Of a stretch of 22,977 nt of DNA, positions 1 to 9,917 are shown one piece after another (the first letter of the stretch is position 1; each line of letters opens with the position of its first letter). The notes below the pieces were generated by a model, which saw only the letters and a program-made list of their open reading frames with translations, was not told where the DNA came from and did not search any database. This DNA comes from Octopus sinensis (Eukaryota). Made by a program: the position numbers and the translations under genes. The DNA lies in NCBI RefSeq assembly GCF_006345805.1, contig NW_021836697.1, positions 1 through 22,977 of the forward strand, written 5' to 3'.

Positions 1-100
1 TAACTAGCTTCTTACGAACAACATGGTTCCGGTTCAGTCCCACTGCGTGGCAGTTTGGGGCAAGTGTCTTCTACTATAAGTACTAGGCTTACAAAGAATA
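1..100 (+). mobile_element. tRNA-derived SINE (family A), internally deleted copy, 5' end cut by window edge
   Basis: CATGGTTCCGGTTCAGTCCCACTGCGTGGCA...GGGCAAGTGTCTTCTACTATA matches the head of the full copy at 17781-18260 and is joined directly to the tail motif AAGTACTAGGCTTACAAAGAATA. Confidence 0.85.
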
Positions 101-210
101 TGTCTTTTGACTGGAGCACCGCAATTAAAGAGAAACATTTGATAAAGAACGGGGCGGGGATGGCCGGAAGTTTCCCCCTATTATTTGCTGTAAATAAAAC
201 GTTTTCGTAT

Positions 211-247
211 TGTTTATTTAATTTTTCTTTCGTTTTGAATTTTTCAG
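211..247 (+). promoter_or_regulatory. Polypyrimidine tract and 3' splice acceptor (TTTTCAG|G) of the HES exon
   Basis: T-rich tract ends in CAG at 245-247. The exon opens in phase 0 just before FSKLEK, matching the known HES1-type intron position in the bHLH loop. Confidence 0.8.
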
Positions 248-1065
248 GGAGAACAGTTCTCCAAACTTGAAAAAGTCGACATCTTGGAAATGACGGTTAA
301 ATATCTCCGTTTCCTGCACCAGCAACAGCAGGTGAACCTTACAAGTGACTCATTGGGAAGCAAGTACCGTGTTCCGTTGGATTTATCCGCTGAAGTCTTG
401 CGTTACATGAACAGCGATGAGACGAGAAACCGTTTGACCGACCACATTAGTAAATGTGTTCGGGTTAGCAACGTGGCCGCTGCGACCCAGAATTTACCAA
501 ACAGTACAACACACCCTTCGTCAACGTCTTCCCCCACTGCGGCAACCACGGCAACCATTTCCGCTGCTGTGCCTCACCAAATCAACGCAACCCCTCAGAC
601 CAACGACCGCGTCCATCATACTCATCACACAGGTCCCTTCGTTGACAAACCGTCAGCGCACATTATGTTACCCATCGCATCAAAACAGTCCGAGAGCAGC
701 TTCTTACTCGCAGCCGCATCGTCTGATTCCCAATACAAAACCGTTGCTGTATCATACACCCCGTAACATCAGACAACACACTTGCAAGTACCAACCATCC
801 ATCACATGTTGTTACTTCGCCAATCTCATCAGTCACAGCTCTCAGCCCAGCTGCATCACCCTCAATCCTACATATGAAGGCACTCGTCCCTGACAACAGC
901 GTAAACCCGGAATTGTTACTTATCTCCAGTTCCGCTTTATGTGAGCAGTATCGGTCAGATAGCTAACCCAAACACAGCAAACGTTGCCGTTTTTACACAC
1001 AACAAATAAAAAGGAACGCTTCACCTGATCCCAGTAAAATTCTTCCTTTGTGGAGGCCTTGGTAA
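248..1065 (+). pseudogene. HES: Terminal exon of a Hairy/Enhancer-of-split (HES) bHLH-Orange transcriptional repressor, frame-disrupted (pseudogene, assembly error or extra intron)
   Basis: From 248: GEQFSKLEKVDILEMTVKYLR (bHLH helix 2), then Orange-like KYR...AEVLRYM...TRNRLTDHISKC and an S/T/P-rich tail. TGG AGG CCT TGG TAA = WRPW* at 1051-1065 is the Groucho/TLE-binding motif. The first frame stops at 764-766. WRPW is in another frame, which has a TAA at 964-966. Confidence 0.9.
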
Positions 1066-1295
1066 AGCGAAACATTGCTGGACTATTTGTTAAATATGGC
1101 GTACATTATACGAGGATAAAAAACGGTCTTTGCATATATATATATCTGTATATATATATAATATAATATAAAATTTAGATTCAGATGAATATGGTACTTA
1201 AGTGGAGGCACCAAAATTTAAGTATGGTATTATCCATACAATTTCAAAATAAGGTGTTTAAAATCAAAACAAGCAACAAAGATATCCAGAGGTAA

Positions 1296-1387
1296 TGCAG
1301 TACGATCGTTTCAGGCGACTCAATTTAATTGAACAATGCAATCATTTCGTTACATCCGTTTAAAATGTAGAGCAGTCTTCAGCTGCA
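1296..1387 (-). ncRNA. Type I hammerhead ribozyme-like motif, minimal palindromic stem III, 63-nt stem/loop II region
   Basis: Minus strand: UGCAG-CUGAAGA-[63 nt]-GAAA-CGAUCG-UA-CUGCA. Stem I is 5 bp, palindrome ACGAUCGU, cleavage triplet GUA. The base of stem II does not pair (C/U), so this copy may be degenerate. Confidence 0.65.
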
Positions 1388-2014
1388 CAAAGACAGAATT
1401 TAATTAAATTAGGACACGTTATTATAATTTTGTCCAAAATCTCCCAGAGGATAAGGAGATGGACAAAGAACATGTTTTTACCAACATCACAGTTATAAAT
1501 CTACATTTTAAATTGATGTAATGAAAATGATTGATAAGAGCCTGTCCTAAATCCCACATCGCTCCCCAGATTAACGAACAATTTCTCTGGATTACCAAAA
1601 TGGTGGATCCCAAACAGCACAAACAGATTTAATTTTACACATGATCTGTGTGCCATGGACAAAACTTCATATATACATACATGTGTATATATATATATAT
1701 ATACCGATAAAAGCACCAGGCTTAACAAAACAAAAATAAGTGTCCGTTCATTCAGTTAAAACTCTCCAGCATGGTCGCCATCTGTTTTTCCCGCCATCAT
1801 CTCCATATATAAAGAAATGGCTAAAAAACTCTCAATTTTTTCTCACAAAAATACCCGAAACTAAAAACCCTAACCCGATCGATCATCTGGCTGTGATATA
1901 ACGTTTTTTTTGCTGTAAAATGACTACTTTTTTGAAAATTTAATACTTAATAATAATAATAAAATAAATATACATTTTCAAATCTTGTGTTGTAATTCTT
2001 TATATCAATTTTCC

Positions 2015-2192
2015 CATCATCATCGTTTAACGTCCGGTTTCCTTGCTAGCACGGATTGGACGGTTCGACCGGGGTCTGGGAAACCAGGAGGCTGCACCAG
2101 GCTCCAGTCCTGATCTGGCAGTGTTTCTACAGCTGGATGCCCTTCCTAACGCTAACCACTCCGTGAGTGCAGTGGGTACTACATACATATAT

Positions 2193-2226
<34 letters not shown>

Positions 2227-2630
2227 GTGTGTGTATATATATATATATAATATCATCATCATCATCATCATCGTCGTTTAATGTCCGCTTTCCATGCTAG
2301 CATGGGTTGGACGGTTCGACCGGAAGCCAGGAGGCTGCACCAGGCTCCAGTCTGATCTGGCAGTGTTTCTACTGCTGGATGCCCTTCCTAATGCCGACCA
2401 CTCCGTGGATGATTTTTACGTGCCACCAGCACAGGTATCACAACTACAATTTCCATTTGATTTTTTGAAGTTGATGTACTTGACTCAACAGGTCTCCTCA
2501 ATCACAGGGTCGAAACGGTCTTTCTTTACTTGCCACCTGCACCGGAGTCAGTCCAGCGGCACTGTCAACGACCTCGCTCGAATGTTTTGTTTACGTGCCA
2601 CCGGCACAAGTGCCAGTAATGCGACGCTAA
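2015..2630 (-). mobile_element. Two RTE-type 3' UTR/tail fragments ending in (GAT)n (about 2015-2175 and 2253-2630), separated by (TA)n
   Basis: Near-duplicate CATCATCATCGTTTAAYGTCCG..TTCC.TGCTAGCA..G.TTGGACGGTTCGACCGG...GGATGCCCTTCCTAA. Short trinucleotide tails are typical of RTE-clade LINEs and their SINEs. Confidence 0.65.
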
Positions 2631-2790
2631 AATAATTTTGTCGTGTTTTTCTGCTTTAAGTGACACTTTTAACGCTAATATTTCGAGTTAAAATGCTCCT
2701 CCCACTATCCTGTGCACTGAAAAAGATTTTAAATCTGGCGTTGCTAAATCTCAGGCTGCTATAGACGGTCTGAGGACAATATTGAAGTCA

Positions 2791-4332
2791 ACCTTGCTCT
2801 AATTGCTGAGTCACTATCAGAACTAGTTTCAGGTGCTACAAAGGTAAAGGTGACGCTTTAGATACAAATAATTACAGAGGTATCAAGTAATGAAGGTCAC
2901 GGTGAGTGTCACAGCCCAACTAATTAAGAGAGTCAGTTTAGATAAGATGCAGTTTGATTTCGTGCCAGGGAAAAGCACCACTGATGCTATTCCTGGTAAG
3001 ACAGCTGCAGGAGAAATACCTAACCAAAGATAAACCTATGCCTGGCTTTCGTTGACATGGAGAAAGACTTTGACAGGGTCCCCGATCCCTTATCTGGTGG
3101 TCAATGAGGAAACTAGGGATAGATGAATGGTTAGTGAGAGCTGTGCGAGCCATGTACAGGGACGCTGTCAGCAAGGTGAGGGTTGGCAACGAGTACAGTG
3201 AAGAATTCCGGGTAGAGGTAAGGGTCCACCAAGGTTCAGTCCTCAGGCCCCACCTATTTATTATAGTTCTCCAGGCAATAACGGAGGAATTCAAGACAGA
3301 AATCCCTTGGGAGCTCCTCTATGCTGATGACCTTGCTCTAATTGCTGAGTCACTATCAGAACTAGAAGAGAAATGTCAGGTGTGGAAACAAGGATTAGAA
3401 TCAAAGGGCCTTAGAGAGTCAACCTAGCTAAAACCAAAGTCCTAATAAGTAGGAAGGCAGGCAAACCACAAATCCCTTCAGGTGGATGGCCCTGCTCGAT
3501 CTGTAGTAGAGGTGTAGGTAGAAAAGATGTACCCAGTGTAAGCTATGGACACATAAGAGGTGCAACAATATCAAAGGAAGGCCCACTGGGAAGATAGTTT
3601 TTGTATGTGGAAGATGCTCAGGAGCAATAAACACCGAAAATGTGCAGAGAACAACTTCCACCACATTATAGGGAGAAAAACAAGAAGTAGGTGATAGCTT
3701 CCGTTACCTAGGTGCCCAAGTCAGTAGAGGGGGAGGGTGCGCTGAAAGTGTAGCTGCTTGAATAAGAATAGCGTGGGCAAAGTTCAGAGCGCTCTTACCT
3801 CTGCTGGTGACAAACGGCCTCTCGCTCATAGTAAAAGATAGGCTGTATGACGCATGTGTATGAACAGCCATGCTACATGGCAGTGAAACATGGGCTGTGA
3901 CTGCTGAGGACATGCGTAAGCTCGTAAAGAATGAAGCCAGTATAATCCGATGGATGTGTAATGTCAGAGTGTAAGTACCTTGAGAGAAAAGTTGGACCTA
4001 AGAAGCATCAGATGTAGTGTGCCAAGAGAGCCGACTGCGTTGGTATGGTCATGTGGCGAGAATGGATGAGGATAGCTGTGTGAAAAAGTGTTACCCCCTA
4101 GCGGTTGAGGAAGCGGTAGACCCAGGAAGACCTAGGATGAGGTGGTGAAGCACGACCTTCGAACATTAGGCCTCACCGAGGCAATGACTAGTGACCGGGA
4201 CCTTTGGAAATATGCTGTGCTTGAGAAGACCTGGCAAGTGAGAACATAACCCATGGCCTACGACAGAGTGTAAGCGCCCCGAGAGAAAATGTTTGACCTA
4301 AGAAGCATCAGATGTTGTAAGAGAGCCGACTG
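2791..4332 (+). mobile_element. Decayed 5'-truncated RTE-clade non-LTR retrotransposon (RT + PHD finger + thumb)
   Basis: Motifs across several frames: YKGKGDALDTNNYRGI, QFDFVPGKSTTDAI, AFVDMEKDFDRVPR, VHQGSVLRPHLF, LLYADDLALIA, FRYLG, MLHGSETWAV, RLRWYGHVARM. Multiple frameshifts and stops. Confidence 0.92.
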
Positions 4333-4455
4333 AACCCGGAACTATGTGGTTCGTAAGCAAGCTACTTAGCACTCAGCCACTCCTGCGCCTATATAATAGG
4401 CGTAGGAGTGGCTATATATATATATATATATATGTATAGGCGTAGGAGTGGCTGT
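4331..4455. mobile_element. SINE family A head fragments in opposite orientations
   Basis: Minus-strand head at 4331-4391, followed by plus-strand stubs AGGCGTAGGAGTGGCT at about 4398 and 4438, separated by (TA)n. Confidence 0.8.
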
Positions 4456-4489
4456 ATATATATATATATATATATAATATATATATAAT

Positions 4490-7400
4490 AAATATCAGAT
4501 CCACAAATAGATGATACCAAAAATACAGAAAACATTGAAAGAATGGAACAGAATGAGACCCAAAACAGACTTATACCAAACACACAGTAGACCTAACACA
4601 AATCTGCAAAATATGCAATACCGAAATAAATAAGACAGAATCACATCTTCAACAGGGGAATACCAGAAGCATGGGAGATCTATTCACAGAAAACTGTAGT
4701 AAGTTGAATTTATTTCTTTAAAAAATTGATACAGTCTTTGCAAACATTGCTTTAACAATAAATACGATCCAAACACAAAATATTCTCTCTAAAAATAATC
4801 AAGCAAACACAACTGACAACACAAATCTTTTGGCGGGACCAACCCAATCACAAAGGACAACAAATGACGAAGAAACACAAACCAAGAAAAACCTTCAAAA
4901 CCCCAAGGCTGGAACAAACTTCTAAACCAACGTAAACATGCTTATTTGAAAAGCATACGCTGTAAGAACATAGCCAACATATGCCAAAACTGGTGGGACA
5001 AGAAGAACCCAATACTCCCTAGAAAATTCCTTATCAAAGAAATAAGGGGTGAAACGCTAGAAGAAAAACAATACGTGCAAACCTAGCCCTCTGCCGACTA
5101 GAAACGGAAATTTCCCTTCTACAAACACGAAGCTCACACCAGGAAGATAAGATTAAAACAATCGATACCGTCATAATGGCCGAGATAACAGAAAAGAACA
5201 ATAAGCAAAACAAAGAAAAACTACAACAATTATGGAAAGAGGATACCGAACGAGAGGAGGAAAGATCCGGATTTATGTGGACCAAACAACATGAGTGGTT
5301 TTTAAACTACGAAAAGAACTATGGTGAAGAATCAATTATGAAAACAAAAAACTACCAAAACAAATGAAAAGATACAAAAAACCAACATCACGAACATATT
5401 GGACTCCCATACATCCAAATAAGCCCTACCAAACACAAACCAAAAACCCGCTCCTTACACTGCCGACCCCCCCCCCCAATAAACAGATACACAAAATATG
5501 AAAGACAACCATCAACCCAAAACCCCACAAAAACAAACACACCAACAGCAAGACGAGCACAATACATACAACCAATAACCTATAACACTTGGAGAGAACA
5601 AATAGAATATGAACAACCACCAACACATAACGCTGGACATCCTAAAAGGACACACACATGGAACAATAAACAAGTGGATAGAAATCAACACATAACCTAC
5701 AACAAACATCGAGGAAATCCAAACCATACTAGCACCAACCCCATGCGACCCCACAAATTTACAAGACGTATAAAAAAACAACCCCCCACTATCAATACAA
5801 TACAAACACAAAACATGAACCATCCACATACCCAAAAAGAAACCTGAACCCCAACAATAGAAATTGGCTCAACAAACACAGAAGATGGGAAGAAAACAAC
5901 TACCAAAGATAAAACAACACATACAGACCACCCCTACGGCTACAAGAAAACCTAAGACCTGAAAATGGAATTTGGAGACGCAACAACACAACCCCTTTTT
6001 TTAGGGAAAGGATACTTTAACCATACTCCAGACCCAATACACCAAAAATTCCGAATGAACACACAAAACACATAGACCCCAAAATAATAAACCTATCTAA
6101 AAGAGAACTTAACAAAAATGAAATGGACCTACTACTAAAAGACCTCAAATTTACACCCACACCCACTCCAAACCTCATAGAACTAAAAACTGATATAGAC
6201 AACTTCAGCCGCCACCTCCGCCTTATTGAATTCTTTGAAAATAAAGAAACAGAAGATAACTCAATCATAAGGAAAAAATCCCATTTCACCCCTTACAAGG
6301 GAAGTGACAAACACCTTGACGCATACATAGAGACAATATCCAAATTCCCTCTCCACACACACAAATGCAAACAGAATCTCCGCAGAGAAGAAAAACAAGC
6401 CTTACAGAAACTGAAAAATGACGAGTCAATCATTACAAAAGAAGTGCAAAAGGTGGAGCAATAGTAATTATGGATACAGATTACTACAAAGAAAAGATAC
6501 TGGAGTTACTGAACAACCAGACATACTATAAGAGGAACCAACACCACCGGGAAAGCAACAATAAAAAAATTAGAACTTTAGTCAATGAATACCAGGACTC
6601 CTTTACAGATAAGGAGAAAGACTATCTATGCAACTCAAGAACCAAAGATAGCAACTTTTATGGATTACCTAAAATTCATAAAAGCTCTGAATACAGAGAG
6701 CCATAAGGAACAGAGAACCACTATATAAGAATACAAAGGCCTGCAGACCTCACATGAGACCAAAGTGGCAGGACCCCAGGCACCAACACGACATCTAAGC
6801 CACTTCATCAGATATGTACTCCTCAAACCTTTATGCCCACAGATACCAAGCTACATAAGGGATGACATAGACTTCCTCACACACATTCCAAATACAGTTC
6901 CGAAAAACACCATACTTGCAAGCTTCGATGTCACAAACCTATACACGAACATACCACACACCCTAGGTCTGGAAGAAATAAAACAATCGGTAGAAAAATA
7001 CAGGGAACTCATAGACGAACGTTTCAAGACAGACTTTATCACCCAAGCCACCCAATTAATACTCGAAGAAAATACATTCTCATTCAACAACAAGCCAAAC
7101 GACAGATAAAGGGCACGGCTATGGGTACAAAATTCTCATCTTCATATGCCAACCTGGTGATGGGTTTCCTTGAGAACAAACTATACGATGAAATAGGGAA
7201 AGTCTTCGAACACAACTTCAGAGAAGACATCAAGAAAAAGTGGAAACGCTACTCAATGACTGCTTCATCTTTAGGAACAGATCAAAAGAAGACCTACGAA
7301 CATTCCACAATATCCTCAACACGCTGCACCCATCTATCAACTTCACAATAGATACCAGCCACAACGAACTTCCCTTCCTAGACATCAGCATCAAGATATA

Positions 7401-8251
7401 CAACTCCATCATCACAACAGGCATCCACTACAAAAAAACCGACACACACCAATATCTAAATTTCCACTCCTGCCACCCATCCCACATAAAAAGAAACATC
7501 CCATATAGTATGGCACGACGAATATGTAGCATAGTAACTGACTCACAAACACGACTAATAAGACTAGATGAACTTAAAAACTTCTCACTAGAACAAAAAT
7601 ACTCCATTAAACTGATAAAAATGGAATCTCAAGAGCAATGAAACTAGATATCGCACAACTCAGGACACCCAAAACAAAAAAAAAACAAAACAAAGAAAAC
7701 ATTATCCTTTTCATAAACACACACAACCCTGGAGTTACCAACATGTTCCAAATCATACATACTAAACAAATATTGCATAAAAACAGTAGACGACAAGACA
7801 AAAACCTAAAGACACATCTAACAAGAGCGAAATTCTCTTCAGAAACTAAAACGGAATTCTTTGTAAAAGAGTCCGGAGATGGTAGATGTGGGATCTGCAG
7901 TAACCCCACCTACAAATACATAGAGGGAGACAAAGAAATGAAATTTAAAAGTGGTCACATATTTAAAATAAATGCAGATATATACTGCAAGACGCAGAAC
8001 GTAATATACTGCATAACCTGACCCACGTGCAAGGAGGATAACATAGGTGAAACTGGAAATTCTTTATGCCAACGAGCCAGGATTCACCGACATGTCCGAC
8101 AGGAAGAACTGCGCAAGATACCACTGATACATGTGGAGAAGGAAAATTTAAGATCTTTCCCTTCTACAAATGTCCAAAGAATGACATCTCCTTCAGGAGG
8201 AATATGGAAATATATTTCATAACTAAGTTCTCCACCAAATTGAATGGCTGA
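4490..8251 (+). mobile_element. Decayed Penelope-like element: upstream ORF remnant + RT + GIY-YIG endonuclease
   Basis: IINLSKRELNKNEMDLLLKDLKFTPTP, FYGLPKIHK, ASFDVTNLYTNIPH, GTAMGTKFSSSYANL, WKRY/LNDCF, LPFLDI, YKKTDTHQYLNFHSCHP, and GIY-YIG CKTQNVIYCIT*PTCKEDNIGETG at about 7986-8057. Many frameshifts. The 5' boundary is approximate. Confidence 0.93.
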
Positions 8252-8311
8252 AAATATCTCTATAATAAGCTGTGCCAGATGAAGGACCAAATTTGTTAAG
8301 TAAACTGTATT

Positions 8312-8313
<2 letters not shown>

Positions 8314-8363
<50 letters not shown>
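8314..8363. repeat. (CA)n microsatellite
   Basis: Directly visible. Confidence 0.98.
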
Positions 8364-8368
<5 letters not shown>

Positions 8369-8624
8369 TCTACACATATGTTTTGGTTTTTGAAAATACA
8401 ACATTGAACAAAGGATATTCTAATATTTGAATGAAACCTGTATGATAAAACTTAATATTTATTTAATCAGTGAAATATTAGACTAAATCAATTGAAGATC
8501 AGACAACAGACTCAGTGGTTGTCAGTTTGTATTCTGTCATCTGTAACTTCAACACAAGAAAGTTTCTTTTTCAAGCATGGACCTTATGAAATTTTGCTCA
8601 TTATACATTGAAGGACAAATCTTT

Positions 8625-8927
8625 CAAATTCAATAACACTATAAGATGGTCAAAACTTAAATTCTTTTCCCCAAGATCTTATACCCCACCTTGGAGTAAA
8701 CATCCTGACCAATTAACCAGCAAAACAATTTTTTCTTCTTCCCTCTTTCCTTTTTCTCCCTTCCCCTCTTTTTCTTTAACACTTCTTCCAAATACAAAAA
8801 ACACACACATATAGCACACACACATGCTCTCTCACTCTCACTTTCTCCCATTCATCACCCTCTTGTACTGTCTTATGTCCCTCCCCACCACTACAAACTC
8901 AATAACACTATAAAATGGTCAAAACTT
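8625..8927 (+). repeat. 34-bp direct repeat pair (8625-8658 and 8894-8927)
   Basis: CAAAYTCAATAACACTATAARATGGTCAAAACTT, 2 mismatches. Confidence 0.9.
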
Positions 8928-9112
8928 TTTCACAGAAACGTAGTTCGATTTGAAAACCCCACTAGAATGGGAGAGAAGCGGCGAATACATGACTAAGTTA
9001 TATGATGTATAAAAACATGTAATATACAAAATAATATCTTAATATAACCATCCGAATTTCTGAGTACCTCATTTCTTCTAATATAAAATACCTGTACATC
9101 ATCTCCAAACCT

Positions 9113-9117
<5 letters not shown>

Positions 9118-9172
<55 letters not shown>

Positions 9173-9189
9173 TATATATATATATATGT

Positions 9190-9260
<71 letters not shown>
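9118..9260. repeat. Compound (TA)n(TG)n microsatellite
   Basis: Directly visible. Confidence 0.98.
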
Positions 9261-9488
9261 ATTTAGGGCTAGAAAACCACTAGGTGGATAGCCATATACT
9301 ACAAGAAGATGACATATACGATCAGACTACAAAGAAAGAATGTTTCCAGAGAAAAATCAGCGACACCAGAACATGGGCGGGCAAGACAGATGAAAATTAC
9401 ATAAAAATCAAGATTACTTCTTGATATGTGATCTTCTTCTAGCATATGGCTATCCACCTAGTAGTTTTATTTAGCCTAAATATACATA
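9254..9488. repeat. Imperfect inverted repeat, ~64-bp arms (9254-9317 and 9424-9488), ~106-bp spacer
   Basis: ACTAGGTGGATAGCCATATACTACAAGAAGATGACATAT is nearly the reverse complement of ATATGTGATCTTCTTCTAGCATATGGCTATCCACCTAGT. Confidence 0.9.
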
Positions 9489-9604
9489 TGTATTGAAATT
9501 TTTCTGATTGTTCAAAATTTTTTTAGGCTCGGCTACTGGATTTAAATTGATATTAATTAAATTAATATTCAAATTATCTCCCTCATTATTTAAATATATA
9601 TATA

Positions 9605-9647
<43 letters not shown>

Positions 9648-9845
9648 ATATATTATATGAAAGTAATAATGGCACAACGAAGCACACCGATATTTACTGG
9701 AAATAGCGAACGTAATAAATACGACGCTAATGTATAGCTTCACTGCGTATGTACTAGTAAAGATGCGTGTGTGCAACAACATGAAAAAAAATTGTCTTAC
9801 CTGTAGGAAGAACATCTGAAAAATGAAAAACCTAGAAATGGATAA

Positions 9846-9871
9846 TGCAGGACCGGTTTCAGACTCTTCAA
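9846..9871 (-). ncRNA. Degenerate/truncated hammerhead-like core
   Basis: Minus strand: UUGAAGA-GUCU-GAAA-CCGG-UC-CUGCA, with palindrome ACCGGU and the same downstream CUGCAUUA as the 1296 motif. The core C is replaced by U and the 5' arm of stem I is missing. Confidence 0.4.
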
Positions 9872-9879
9872 ATATACGT

Positions 9880-9917
9880 TTACCAACCACATGGTTCTGG
9901 GTTCAGTTCCACTCTGT
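9880..9917 (+). mobile_element. Short SINE family A head fragment
   Basis: TTACCAACCACATGGTTCTGGGTTCAGTTCCACTCTGTG. Confidence 0.75.

Noticed and set aside
878-893. TRP* end of the 456-893 ORF as a degenerate WRPW
   Set aside because: A perfect WRPW* exists at 1051-1065, and this frame is an overlapping shadow of the HES exon.
1863-1876. Telomere-like AACCCTAACCC (also TTAGGGTTA at about 15741)
   Set aside because: Fewer than two full units, too short to call.
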